Source: Sulfurihydrogenibium sp. (lineage in GTDB: Bacteria > Aquificota > Aquificia > Aquificales > Hydrogenothermaceae). From it: DNA of 64,000 bases. The first letter of the stretch is position 1, and the number at the start of each line of letters is the position of its first letter. Position numbers and translations under genes: made by a program. The stretch lies in NCBI RefSeq assembly GCF_028276765.1, contig NZ_JAPYVU010000002.1, positions 6,066 through 70,065 of the forward strand, read 5' to 3'. Shown piece by piece: positions 1-9,600 of this stretch. The notes beneath the pieces were generated by a model. It worked only from the letters and a program-made list of their open reading frames with translations. It made no database searches and was not told the DNA's origin.

Positions 1-624
1 AGTATTAACAAGCTTTTTCACATCATCTTCTGACAATGGTATTGAATCTTTCCATAAATCATCAAAATACTTTTCTGCTTCTTCAAATCCATAGTCTTTT
101 ATCTCAACGTTAAACTCATTTTGACTTACAAGTCCTGCTCTTGTTAGGTTGCTGCTTCCTGTTATAAAAAGGCTTGGTGCTGATTTTTCTTTTGTTTTAA
201 ATAGATAAAGCTTTGAATGATTAGGCTCCCTGGTCTTTCTTATGACTATTATTTTTTCTTCTAAAAGTTTTACAAAAAATTCAGCTTGCTCGTATATATC
301 TTGATTATCTAACTCTTGGCTTGTAAATGCTGTCTTTACAGAGTTTATTAAAGCTTGAAAATACTCATCTTTACTTTTAAGCTTTGTTGCTGCTTCATAC
401 AGTCCGTAGTTGCCTTTGTCTACGTTTAATCCTACTAAGATTTTTATATGTTCCTGCGAAAGCTTGCCTTCTTCGTAGAGATTTTTTAAAGTTTCGTAGA
501 ACTCTTTTATTCCCGAAAAATAGAAAAACCCAACAAGAAATTTTAACTCTGTGCTGATTTCTATAAGCTCTTGTAGTCTTCTTTTAAGGTCTTTATTTCC
601 ATGATTGGTTATAAATGTGCTCAA
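1..624 (-). CDS. PLD/HKD-superfamily (nuclease-like) domain protein, N-terminal 208 codons only; the ORF continues beyond the window start
   Basis: Absent from the supplied ORF track because it is open at the window edge. My minus-strand translation from TTG at 624 (AAAGAGG SD about 9 nt upstream): STFITNHGNKDLKRRLQELIEISTELKFLVGFFYFSGIKEFYETL...IRKTREPNHSKLYLFKTKEKSAPSLFITGSSNLTRAGL... The HSK...GSSN spacing fits the HxK / GSxN part of the HKD motif. This kind of N-terminus is often fused to helicase modules, but the rest lies outside the window. Confidence 0.6.
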   Translation of the reverse strand, partial: MSTFITNHGNKDLKRRLQELIEISTELKFLVGFFYFSGIKEFYETLKNLYEEGKLSQEHIKILVGLNVDKGNYGLYEAATKLKSKDEYFQALINSVKTAFTSQELDNQDIYEQAEFFVKLLEEKIIVIRKTREPNHSKLYLFKTKEKSAPSLFITGSSNLTRAGLVSQNEFNVEIKDYGFEEAEKYFDDLWKDSIPLSEDDVKKLVNT

Positions 625-816
625 GGCTGGAAACCTCTTTTGTTAATCTACATTTATATTATATACGGTTGAAAATTCAAAAGATGTTAGAAAGTGAGAA
701 GTGACGAGCATTTTTAAAGTCATTTACATGTCATCTATCACAACATTTCACATTATGACTAAAATTTTATCATTTTGTGGTAAAATATTAACAATTTTTT
801 ATTAAATGAGGTTAGA

Positions 817-1557
817 ATGCTAAATTTTGCTGGTAAAAATGTACTTATAACAGGGTCTACAAGAGGTATTGGTAAAGCAATTGCAATAGAATTCGCAAAG
901 CTTGGGGCCAATGTAATCATTACTGGTAGAGATAGAAAATCAGCTGAAGTTTTAGCAAATAATATTGAAAAAGAATATAACGTTAAAGCATTTGGAATAG
1001 ATTTAGATTTGACAGGAGATATTTCAAAAAGCTTTGAAGAAATAAACAGCTTTACACAAGGAAAAATTGATATACTTGTTAACAACGCAGGAATTACAAA
1101 AGATACACTTTTTATCAGAATGAAAGAAGAAGATTGGAACAGCGTTATCAATGTAAATCTAAACGGTACGTTTAAAATCACTCAACAAGTTGTAAAACTA
1201 ATGATTAAACAAAGATACGGAAGGATTATAAATATAAGCTCTATTATTGGTTTTATTGGAAATATAGGGCAGGCAAACTACGCAGCCACAAAAGCTGGAT
1301 TAATAGGATTTACAAAATCCTTAGCAAAAGAGCTTGCATCAAGAAATATTACAGTTAACGCAGTTGCTCCCGGCTTTATAGAAACTGATATGACAGCAGA
1401 ACTTCCGGAAGATATTAAAGCTCAGTATCTTAAGCAAATACCTTTAAACAGATTTGGAAAGCCGGAAGACGTTGCAAACGTTGTATTATTCTTGGCATCC
1501 GACTTGGCAAGTTATATAACCGGTGAAGTTATCCACGTAAACGGCGGAATGTATTAA
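817..1557 (+). CDS. fabG: 3-oxoacyl-[ACP] reductase (SDR family)
   Basis: 246 aa. Has the TGSTRGIGKAIA Rossmann motif and the YAATKAG catalytic Y-x3-K. Lies directly upstream of acpP-fabF as in canonical fab clusters. Confidence 0.93.
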   Translation: MLNFAGKNVLITGSTRGIGKAIAIEFAKLGANVIITGRDRKSAEVLANNIEKEYNVKAFGIDLDLTGDISKSFEEINSFTQGKIDILVNNAGITKDTLFIRMKEEDWNSVINVNLNGTFKITQQVVKLMIKQRYGRIINISSIIGFIGNIGQANYAATKAGLIGFTKSLAKELASRNITVNAVAPGFIETDMTAELPEDIKAQYLKQIPLNRFGKPEDVANVVLFLASDLASYITGEVIHVNGGMY

Positions 1558-1585
1558 AAAATTTTAAATATAGGAGGTATTAAAA

Positions 1586-1828
1586 ATGTCAGTTGAACAA
1601 AAAGTAAAACAGATTATAGCAGACCAACTTGGTGTTGATATTGAAAAAATCACACCTGAAGCAAAATTTGTAGACGATTTAGGTGCAGATTCTTTAGACG
1701 TAGTTGAGTTAATCATGGCTTTTGAAGAAGAGTTTGGCATTGAAATTCCGGACGAAGATGCTGAAAAAATCACAACCGTTAAAGATGTTATAGACTATAT
1801 TAACTCAAAACAATCAAAACAAGGGTAA
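1586..1828 (+). CDS. acpP: acyl carrier protein
   Basis: 80 aa. [22 protein letters not shown] contains the phosphopantetheine-attachment Ser (DSL). AGGAGG SD upstream. Confidence 0.95.
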   Translation: MSVEQKVKQIIADQLGVDIEKITPEAKFVDDLGADSLDVVELIMAFEEEFGIEIPDEDAEKITTVKDVIDYINSKQSKQG

Positions 1829-1834
1829 ATAAGT

Positions 1835-3079
1835 ATGAGAAGAGTCGTCGTTACTGGTTTAGGGGCTGTAACACCAATAGGTAATAACGTAAAAGACTTC
1901 TGGTCAAATCTTGTAGCGGGCGTCAGTGGTATAGACGTAATCAAAAGATTTGACCCAGTAGCCATAGGATTGCCTGTAATCATAGCCGGAGAAGTTAAAA
2001 ATCTCAATCCAGAGCAGTTTTTAGATTCTAAGGAATTAAAAAGAATGAGTGATTTCGTTAAGTTTGCTGTAATAGCAGCAAAAGAAGCAATACAAGACTC
2101 TGGATTAGAACTTGACAAGATTGACTTAACGAGGGCTGGTGTTATAGTCGGAACCGGTATCGGCGGCTTAAGGGACATTGAAGAACAGCAGAAAGTAGTA
2201 ATGGAAAAAGGAGTAAGGAGAGTTTCTCCTTTCTTTATTCCTTCCGGAATCTCTAACATGGCGGCAGGTTATATATCCATAGAGTTTGGATTTAAAGGTC
2301 CGAACTCTTGTGTTGTAACAGCATGTGCAACAGGAACACATTCTATTGGTGATGCATTTAAAATAATTCAAAGAGGCGATGCTGACATTATGATAGCAGG
2401 CGGAACAGAATCTGCCATTACGCCACTTGGAGTTGCTGGATTTGCTAACATGAAAGCTTTATCAACAAGAAATAATGAACCTCAAAAAGCATCAAGACCA
2501 TTTGATGCAGAGAGAGACGGCTTTGTAATGGGTGAAGGTGCCGGTATAGTGGTTTTAGAAGAGTTAGAACATGCAAAGAAAAGAGGAGCTAAAATTTATG
2601 CTGAAGTTGTAGGGTACGGACTGACGGCCGATGCTTATCATATTACAGCTCCATGTGCTGATGCAGATGGTGCAAAAAGAGTTATAATGATGGCTCTTAA
2701 CGATGCAAGAATCAACCCGGATGAGGTTGATTATATTAACGCTCACGGAACATCTACTCCATTAAACGATAAAATAGAAACGTTGGCGATAAAGGAAGTG
2801 TTTAAAGACCATGCATACAAACTAAAAGTTAGCTCAAACAAATCAATGATAGGACACCTTCTTGGTGCAGCAGGTGCGGTTGAAGCAGTTGCAACTGTTT
2901 TAACTATCAAAAATGGAGTTATTCCACCAACAATAAACTACGAACATCCAGACCCTGAATGTGATTTAGATTATGTGCCAAACAAAGCTATAGAGTACCC
3001 TGTAAAAGTTGCAATATCTAACTCATTTGGATTTGGTGGAACCAATGCTTGCTTAGCATTTAAGGCTTTTGAAGATTAA
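1835..3079 (+). CDS. fabF: 3-oxoacyl-[ACP] synthase II
   Basis: 414 aa. Active-site Cys context [13 protein letters not shown], plus [16 protein letters not shown] and [10 protein letters not shown]. Confidence 0.95.
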   Translation: MRRVVVTGLGAVTPIGNNVKDFWSNLVAGVSGIDVIKRFDPVAIGLPVIIAGEVKNLNPEQFLDSKELKRMSDFVKFAVIAAKEAIQDSGLELDKIDLTRAGVIVGTGIGGLRDIEEQQKVVMEKGVRRVSPFFIPSGISNMAAGYISIEFGFKGPNSCVVTACATGTHSIGDAFKIIQRGDADIMIAGGTESAITPLGVAGFANMKALSTRNNEPQKASRPFDAERDGFVMGEGAGIVVLEELEHAKKRGAKIYAEVVGYGLTADAYHITAPCADADGAKRVIMMALNDARINPDEVDYINAHGTSTPLNDKIETLAIKEVFKDHAYKLKVSSNKSMIGHLLGAAGAVEAVATVLTIKNGVIPPTINYEHPDPECDLDYVPNKAIEYPVKVAISNSFGFGGTNACLAFKAFED

Positions 3080-3089
3080 ATAAAATGAT

Positions 3090-3839
3090 ATGGAAGAAAA
3101 AAATCTATCTGCCGATAATTACGAATCGGTAGGAGAATTTAAAGATAGAATAAAAAAGCTTGAACAAATCATCGGATACACTTTTAAAGATAAATCTCTG
3201 CTGCTAGCAGCTATAACTCATAGGTCTTTTGTAGCTGAATACCATAAAAAAATACCAGATTATGAAGTTTTAGAATTTCTTGGAGATGCAGTTATATCCT
3301 TAATCATCAGTGAAATTCTTATTAAACAGTTTCCCCATGCAAGGGAGGGAGAGCTTTCCCAGTACAGGTCCGCTATTGTAAGCGAAGCTTACTTGTCAAA
3401 ATTGGCAAGAAATGTACATTTTCAAGATTTTGTTTTGATAAGCAAAGGTGAAAAATCTCAAAAAGGAGCAGAGAGGGAATCACTCCTTTGTGATGTGTTT
3501 GAAGCAGTTTTTGGGGCAATATACACAGACTGCCAGTATAATTTAGACATACCAAGAGAGATATTCAACAAAAATTTTAAAGAAATTGTTATAAACGACA
3601 TACAACAAGAAAATCTACCAAGAGATTATAAATCTCTTTTACAGATAGAAACCCAAAGACTTTATGGTAAAATACCAACATATAAATTAATTTCATCAGA
3701 AGGTCCAGAGCACGATAAAACGTTTACAGTAGAATGTCATGTTGAAGAAATAAAAACAACAGGAAAAGGAAAATCAAAGAAAGAAGCAGAAGCAAAGGCA
3801 GCAAAAGAAGCTTTCAAAAAACTAAAATCAGAAAGGTAA
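3090..3839 (+). CDS. rnc: ribonuclease III
   Basis: 249 aa. RNase III signature YEVLEFLGDAV. C-terminal dsRBD (GPEHDKTFTVEC...GKGKSKKEAEAKAAKEA). Confidence 0.92.
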   Translation: MEEKNLSADNYESVGEFKDRIKKLEQIIGYTFKDKSLLLAAITHRSFVAEYHKKIPDYEVLEFLGDAVISLIISEILIKQFPHAREGELSQYRSAIVSEAYLSKLARNVHFQDFVLISKGEKSQKGAERESLLCDVFEAVFGAIYTDCQYNLDIPREIFNKNFKEIVINDIQQENLPRDYKSLLQIETQRLYGKIPTYKLISSEGPEHDKTFTVECHVEEIKTTGKGKSKKEAEAKAAKEAFKKLKSER

Positions 3840-3845
3840 GCAAAA

Positions 3846-4589
3846 ATGAGACTTGGAGTTAATATAGACCATATAGCAACCCTTAGAGAGGCAAGAAAAA
3901 CAACAGAACCAGACCCAGTAAAAGGAGCTTTGATAGCCATTGAAGCCGGAGCCGACCAGATAACATTACATTTGAGAGAAGACAGAAGACACATACAAGA
4001 TGAAGACCTATTTAGATTAAAGTGTGAATTAAAAGACACAAATATCCCTATAAACTTAGAGATGGCACCAACCTATGAGATGCAAAATATAGCATTGGAA
4101 GCACTGCCAAACAACGTCACCTTAGTCCCGGAAAAAAGACAAGAAATTACCACAGAAGGTGGATTAGATGTTGTATCTATGGTAGATTATCTTAAAGATT
4201 TTATCAAACCAATAAAACAGCAAGGTATTACAGTTAGTCTATTCATAGACCCAGACTTTAAGCAGATAGACGCGTCTGTAGAAGTAGGTGCTGATGCAAT
4301 AGAGATACATACAGGCGAGTACGCAAATGCTTATGGTAAAAACGTAGAAAAAGAACTTGAAAGAATAAAAAAAGCTGCAAAATATGCTAAGGAAAAAGGT
4401 CTAAAAGTGTATGCAGGACACGGTCTAACATATCAGAATGTTTCAGAGATAGCAAAGATAAAAGAAATTGAAGAATTAAACATAGGACATTCTATCATTG
4501 CAAATGCTATATTCTTAGGATTATACGAAGCAGTTAGAAAGATGAAAGAGATAATCTTAAATGCGAGGAAAGAATTAGAAAGTGAATAG
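3846..4589 (+). CDS. pdxJ: pyridoxine 5'-phosphate synthase
   Basis: 247 aa. [18 protein letters not shown]-terminus, [20 protein letters not shown] and AGHGL, all typical PdxJ blocks. Confidence 0.92.
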   Translation: MRLGVNIDHIATLREARKTTEPDPVKGALIAIEAGADQITLHLREDRRHIQDEDLFRLKCELKDTNIPINLEMAPTYEMQNIALEALPNNVTLVPEKRQEITTEGGLDVVSMVDYLKDFIKPIKQQGITVSLFIDPDFKQIDASVEVGADAIEIHTGEYANAYGKNVEKELERIKKAAKYAKEKGLKVYAGHGLTYQNVSEIAKIKEIEELNIGHSIIANAIFLGLYEAVRKMKEIILNARKELESE

Positions 4590-4671
4590 GTTAAACATTG
4601 ATGAATACACATTAAGCGTTGCTAAAAGCGAGTTGTTTATATTGGTGATTTTTACAGAATTTAAAAAGGAG

Positions 4672-4797
4672 GTCCTTAGGATTTCGTCCTCAAGGATGAC
4701 AAAAAAAGATTGGTTGATAAACATTAGAGAAAAAGATAATTTTATATGTCATTCTGTAGCCGGCGAAGAATCTCATGTTTTTTTAAATTTCTCACCC
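4672..4797 (+). repeat. intergenic mosaic repeat cluster (hairpin B, hairpin D, box E)
   Basis: GTCCTTAGGATTTCGTCCTCAAGGATGAC (4672-4700), GTCATTCTGTAGCCGGCGAAGAATCTC (4748-4774), AATTTCTCACCC (4786-4797). Confidence 0.85.
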
Positions 4798-4865
4798 GAC
4801 GTATAAAGGTATAATTTAATTACTTATATCATTTTATCATTTTAAATACCCTGGAGGAGCAATAA

Positions 4866-6680
4866 ATGTGCGGAATTGTTGGTTATATAGGACATAGAAA
4901 AGCAGTGCCAGTGCTACTTCACGGACTTCAGAGATTAGAGTATAGAGGGTATGATTCTGCAGGTATCGCTGTTTTAGACGAGAATAAAAAACAGATAATT
5001 ATTGAAAAGCAGGTTGGTAAGGTAAAGGATTTACAAGAGTATTTATGGGGCAAAGATATAAATGGTTCAATTGGTATAGCACATACAAGATGGGCAACCC
5101 ATGGGCCACCATCTATAGAAAACGCCCATCCACATATAAGTAAAAGTGAAGCTATAGCAGTAGTTCACAACGGAATCATAGAAAACTACGCTTCATTAAA
5201 AGAAATGCTTATAAAGAAAGGCTATACTTTTAAATCCCAAACAGATACAGAAGTAATCGCACATCTTATAGAAGATTTATACGATGGAAATCTTCTAAAC
5301 ACTGTTTTAAAAGTGGCAAAACAGCTTGAAGGAGCTTATGCTATTGGAGTTATATCCACCTTAGAGCCGGATAAAATAATTGGACTAAGAAAAGGTAGCC
5401 CTTTAATCGTTGGACTTGGAGAAGGTGAAAACTTTATAGCTTCCGACATACCGGCGGTTTTAGAATACACTAAGAAATTCATCACTCTTGATGATGAAGA
5501 AATGGCAGTTTTAACAAAAGATAAAGTAGAAATTTACGATATAAACGGAAATAAAAAAGAAAAAAAGCCATTTACTGTGAACTGGGACATAGCTGCTGCT
5601 GAAAAAGGCGGTTATAAACACTTCATGTTAAAAGAAATATACGAACAACCAAGAACAATCACAGATACGCTTGCAGGATTTTTCTCAAACTTAGACAATC
5701 CTGTTTTTAGGCAGTTAGATAAAATTCAAAATATTGTGATCATAGCTTGCGGAACATCATACCATGCAGGATTGGTCGGCAAATTCTGGATAGAAAAGTA
5801 TGTAAAAATACCGGTTGTAGTTGATTATGCTTCTGAGTTTAGATACAGAGACTTTCCGGTTTCAGATAAAACATTAATTATAGCAATCAGCCAATCTGGA
5901 GAAACGGCAGACACAAGATTTGCAGCAATCGATGCAAGAAAAAAAGGAGCAAAAGTTCTATCTATCGTCAACGTAGTAGGTAGCTCTTTATCAAGAGAAA
6001 GTGATTATGTTTTATACACCTACTGCGGTCCGGAGATTGGAGTTGCAGCAACAAAAACTTTTACAGCTCAGTTAATTACATTATTGCTTTTTGCTTTAAA
6101 ATCAGGTCTTGAAAGAGGAAATATAACAGCGTCGGAATTTGAAGAGCATCACAAAAAGTTAAGCCATTTACCAACACTTATAAACGAAGTTTTAAAAGAA
6201 GATAAAATTATAGAAGAAATTTCTTATAAATACCATAATGCTAAGGATTTTCTGTTCTTAGGTAGAGGCTTAAATTATCCTATAGCGTTTGAAGGAGCAT
6301 TAAAACTTAAAGAAATATCTTACATCCATGCAGAAGGATACCCTGCTGGAGAAATGAAACACGGACCTATTGCACTGATAGACGAAAACCTTCCGGTGGT
6401 ATGCTTAGCTCCAAAAGATAGCTTATATGAAAAGATGATCTCTAATATTCAAGAAGTAAAAGCAAGAAAAGGCATCGTAATAACCCTTACAGATTCCGAG
6501 GATAAAGAGATAAAGGAGCTTTCAAATGAAATCGTTAAAATTCCTCCTGTTTCGGATGAAAACCTATATCCGATAGTCTTATCAGTTCCATTACAATTGC
6601 TTGCTTATCATATAGCTGTTATACTTGGCAAAGATGTTGACCAACCAAGAAACTTAGCAAAAACTGTTACGGTAGAGTGA
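4866..6680 (+). CDS. glmS: glutamine--fructose-6-phosphate aminotransferase (isomerizing)
   Basis: 604 aa. MCGIVGY Ntn-amidotransferase start, two SIS domains, C-terminal LAKTVTVE. GGAGG SD. Confidence 0.96.
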   Translation: MCGIVGYIGHRKAVPVLLHGLQRLEYRGYDSAGIAVLDENKKQIIIEKQVGKVKDLQEYLWGKDINGSIGIAHTRWATHGPPSIENAHPHISKSEAIAVVHNGIIENYASLKEMLIKKGYTFKSQTDTEVIAHLIEDLYDGNLLNTVLKVAKQLEGAYAIGVISTLEPDKIIGLRKGSPLIVGLGEGENFIASDIPAVLEYTKKFITLDDEEMAVLTKDKVEIYDINGNKKEKKPFTVNWDIAAAEKGGYKHFMLKEIYEQPRTITDTLAGFFSNLDNPVFRQLDKIQNIVIIACGTSYHAGLVGKFWIEKYVKIPVVVDYASEFRYRDFPVSDKTLIIAISQSGETADTRFAAIDARKKGAKVLSIVNVVGSSLSRESDYVLYTYCGPEIGVAATKTFTAQLITLLLFALKSGLERGNITASEFEEHHKKLSHLPTLINEVLKEDKIIEEISYKYHNAKDFLFLGRGLNYPIAFEGALKLKEISYIHAEGYPAGEMKHGPIALIDENLPVVCLAPKDSLYEKMISNIQEVKARKGIVITLTDSEDKEIKELSNEIVKIPPVSDENLYPIVLSVPLQLLAYHIAVILGKDVDQPRNLAKTVTVE

Positions 6681-6806
6681 AAATTAAAATTTATAAAACA
6701 TAGGGTAGTTAAAAGAACTGTGTTTAAATTGTATTTAATTTTAAACTCTGAGAAAGTTTTTCCGAAATGATTCATAGAATTTAATAGATATGAAGGTTTC
6801 GAGAAA

Positions 6807-7763
6807 ATGAAATTGAGTAGAATTAAATTACCATCCTTAGATAGAATTTTACCGTTTTCCAAAAAAAACAAATTATTTACAGGAATAGAGCTTGATACAG
6901 ATTATGCGAGGGTGACAGTTTTAGAGAAAGATAACGAAGATTTAATATTTTCAATTATGCCGTTTGAGATACAACTTACTGGAGATAATTACCAAGATGG
7001 ACTTATTTTAAGACAGGAGATTGAAAGAAGGGGCTTGAATGTAAAAATTGCCAATTTTAGTATTCCTGTGTCTGCAGTCTTAATTAAAAATTTAAAGCTT
7101 CCAAAAGTTAGTGAAAAAGAAATGATTGATGCAATAGAATGGAATATTAAAGAAGATATAGAAAACTTGAAAGTTGAAACTGTTTATGATTATTCAATAA
7201 TAAATGAAGATAAAGATTTTTATGATATTGTAGTTGTGATTACGAAGATTAATCAAATAAATAGGGTATTAGAAGTCGCGGAAAATGCTAAGATTAAAGT
7301 TGACATAATAGAACCATCAGCAACAGCATTGTTAAACTTGGCATTTTTACAAAAAGAAAAGGTTGAAAAGAACAGAGAGGAAAATAATATCTGTTTGATC
7401 CACCTGGATAAAAATGACTCCTATCTATTATTTTCTAACAATAATATAATAATACAACCAATAGAAATGAATTTTAAACTTTACGAATTGCTTGACCCAG
7501 ACGCAAAAGAGCAAGAAGTTACCAGATTAATAAATGAGATAAATTATTTCTTCTATACGTTACAAGAACCAAAGATAGTGTACACTTCAGGATTGTTTGT
7601 AAAGTATCCAGAAATAAAAGCTTACACACAGTTAAAATTTAGCACAAGATTTGTTCTTGAAGACATAGACCCAGTTCTTTCATCAGACATAAAATATAAC
7701 GGCAACTTTCCAATACAAATTTATAATACTTCAATAAGCTTGGCACACAGAGGATTAGAATGA
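6807..7763 (+). CDS. type IV pilus assembly protein PilM-like (actin-like ATPase fold)
   Basis: 318 aa. Its position and 4-nt overlap with two downstream single-TM coiled-coil genes match a pilMNO arrangement. The sequence is divergent, so the call rests mostly on context and size. Confidence 0.55.
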   Translation: MKLSRIKLPSLDRILPFSKKNKLFTGIELDTDYARVTVLEKDNEDLIFSIMPFEIQLTGDNYQDGLILRQEIERRGLNVKIANFSIPVSAVLIKNLKLPKVSEKEMIDAIEWNIKEDIENLKVETVYDYSIINEDKDFYDIVVVITKINQINRVLEVAENAKIKVDIIEPSATALLNLAFLQKEKVEKNREENNICLIHLDKNDSYLLFSNNNIIIQPIEMNFKLYELLDPDAKEQEVTRLINEINYFFYTLQEPKIVYTSGLFVKYPEIKAYTQLKFSTRFVLEDIDPVLSSDIKYNGNFPIQIYNTSISLAHRGLE

Positions 7764-8374
7764 TAAAAATAGACTTAAATCCAAGAAAAAAGAAAAGAGG
7801 GTCGGCTTTAGCTGCACCATCTATTAGTCTAACGTCCTTTAAGTTGGAAAACATAAATAAATTGTTGACAGTCTTATTACCGGTTATTTTAGTAGCAGGC
7901 TTATTATTTTATTACTTTTACTTAGGGCTACAGATTGAAAATTTACAACAAAAAAAGACAATGTTAATCGCAGAAAAAGAAAAATTAAAGGCTATAGAAA
8001 ATAAAATAAATCAGCTAAAAAAAGCAATAGCTGAGGAAGAAAAACAAAAAAATGAGTTAGAATTAAGATTTAAGACTTTTCAATATTTAGCAGATTCAAG
8101 GAAATCTCTAACGCCAAAATTAAACAGTATTGTTATACCAATACCTGACGGACTATGGCTTGAATCTATTGAAATATCAAAAGACTCTGGGAAAATTACC
8201 GGAAACTCCCTTAAACCAGAGCTTGTAGCACAATATTATAAGTCTCTTAGCAGCTCTTATAAAGATATCGTATTCAATGGAACAGAGAAAAAAACATCAC
8301 CAACAAATATTATTTTCTATAACTTTACATTCGAACTTAAAAATGAAGCTCCAGAAAAAAGAGAGGGGACATAA
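7760..8374 (+). CDS. PilN-like fimbrial assembly protein (single TM + coiled coil)
   Basis: 204 aa. Basic N-terminus, one TM helix (LLTVLLPVILVAGLLFYYFYL), then a coiled coil. ATGA overlap with the upstream gene. Confidence 0.5.
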   Translation: MIKIDLNPRKKKRGSALAAPSISLTSFKLENINKLLTVLLPVILVAGLLFYYFYLGLQIENLQQKKTMLIAEKEKLKAIENKINQLKKAIAEEEKQKNELELRFKTFQYLADSRKSLTPKLNSIVIPIPDGLWLESIEISKDSGKITGNSLKPELVAQYYKSLSSSYKDIVFNGTEKKTSPTNIIFYNFTFELKNEAPEKREGT

Positions 8375-9054
8375 TGGATCTAACAAATATAAAAGAGCAA
8401 TGGGAAAATACTCCAGTATGGCAAAAAGCTCTTTTGTTAATATTGTTAACAGTTGGAATTTTATATCTTATCTTCACAATTTTAATTTCCCCAAAATATG
8501 ATGAGTATAAAGCTTTAAACGAAGAAGTTCAGAATCTGGAAAATGAGATAGAGCTTTTAAAATCATCTGTAAATCCACAAATTCAACTTGTCTTAGAAAA
8601 AAAACTACAACAGGTTAAAACTGACATAAAAAACATTGAAAACAAACTGGAAGTAATGAAAAAAATCATTCCACCAGAACCAAACTTAGATGATATTTTA
8701 AATGTTGTATCTTTAAGTGCAAAGAAAAGTATGCTAATTTTAAACTCTTTTAAAGTTGAAAAAGAAGAGGAAGTGATCCTCTACTACAATAAAAGTACAA
8801 ATAAGTTAGAAGTGTTTAATCCTACGCCAAACAAAGATAAAAAAGAAGAACAGAAAATTCCGGAAAACGCTATAAAGCTAAAGAAAATCAACATTACCGC
8901 AAATGTTTCTGGAAATTTTAATTCTATAAAAAACTTTTTAGATGAAATAGCAAAATCTGAAAGATTTATAAGTGCAGAGAATGTTTCTATAAAAAAGGAA
9001 GGTGGATTGTTGACTGGAGTAGTGAAACTTGCAGTTTATTATATGCCAGAATGA
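8374..9054 (+). CDS. PilO-like pilus assembly protein (single TM + coiled coil)
   Basis: 226 aa. One TM helix (ALLLILLTVGILYLIFTILI) followed by a coiled coil. Start overlaps the stop of the previous gene. Confidence 0.45.
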   Translation: MDLTNIKEQWENTPVWQKALLLILLTVGILYLIFTILISPKYDEYKALNEEVQNLENEIELLKSSVNPQIQLVLEKKLQQVKTDIKNIENKLEVMKKIIPPEPNLDDILNVVSLSAKKSMLILNSFKVEKEEEVILYYNKSTNKLEVFNPTPNKDKKEEQKIPENAIKLKKINITANVSGNFNSIKNFLDEIAKSERFISAENVSIKKEGGLLTGVVKLAVYYMPE

Positions 9055-9106
9055 TTTTAAGCTAAACGTGTAGCAAGGAAGCAAGCAGTATTACGGAGGA
9101 TGCATC

Positions 9107-9340
9107 ATGAAAAAAACTTTAATTTTATTGACATTATTGAGTGTAAAATTTTCCTATGCCGGGAAAGTAGATTTGCCCCCACTTTCAGATATAGGACCTT
9201 TTATGGGATTGGAGGCAACTGTTGGCTATATTCAAAAAGAGAATGGTGAAAAGTTTATGGTAATAGAAACACCGGAAGGAACAAAGCTTGTAAAAGTAAG
9301 GAAAAGTCCAAAGGAATTGATTGAGAAAAATGTTAAATAG
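9107..9340 (+). CDS. small secreted protein, unknown function
   Basis: 77 aa. Signal peptide MKKTLILLTLLSVKFSYAG. GGAGG SD. Flanked by an 11-nt direct repeat (see findings). Confidence 0.4.
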   Translation: MKKTLILLTLLSVKFSYAGKVDLPPLSDIGPFMGLEATVGYIQKENGEKFMVIETPEGTKLVKVRKSPKELIEKNVK

Positions 9341-9473
9341 AGTTATCTTTTGTATAGACAAACATTCTACGTGTAGCAAATATCCAAATATACATACCAG
9401 CCTGTTCCAAAAAAGTTTTTGATAGGCATTATCTTATCTGGCTATCATTTTGTAACCGTGTAAGAAGCTCCAA

Positions 9474-9573
9474 TTTTTCTTTTCAAGTCAAAAAATCAAA
9501 AAAGAGATCCTTCGGCTTTACAGCCTCAGGATGACAAGGAAAGGTAAATTTACAAAAATTTTGGAACACTCTC
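9474..9573 (+). repeat. two-hairpin element copy (C-B-A part; D arm vestigial)
   Basis: TTTTTCTTTTCAAGTCAAAAAATCAAAAAAGAGATCCTTCGGCTTTACAGCCTCAGGATGACAAGGAAAGGTAAATTTACAAAAATTTTGGAACAC. Confidence 0.85.
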
Positions 9574-9600
9574 TATATTATTTTTAAAAATCAATCTGTG

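Noticed and set aside
759-2371. Antisense or out-of-frame track ORFs inside fabG, acpP and fabF, and similar ones throughout (e.g. 11003-11239, 21065-21298, 42034-42381, 50069-50506, 56012-56281, 57497-57799)
   Set aside because: Each overlaps a confidently identified gene on the other strand or frame. They have Ser/Phe/Leu-rich shadow composition, typical of the antisense of K/E-rich genes.
4582-4806. 74-aa track ORF (MNRLNIDEY...CHSVAGEESHVFLNFSPDV)
   Set aside because: It runs through the repeat modules. The CHSVAGEESH peptide is just the translation of hairpin D and recurs wherever the repeat does. No SD and no homology features.
4590-4865. Possible glmS ribozyme or other leader RNA upstream of glmS
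   Set aside because: I could not find the conserved glmS ribozyme core sequences. The interval is instead filled by recognisable copies of the intergenic repeat modules (B hairpin, D hairpin, box E).
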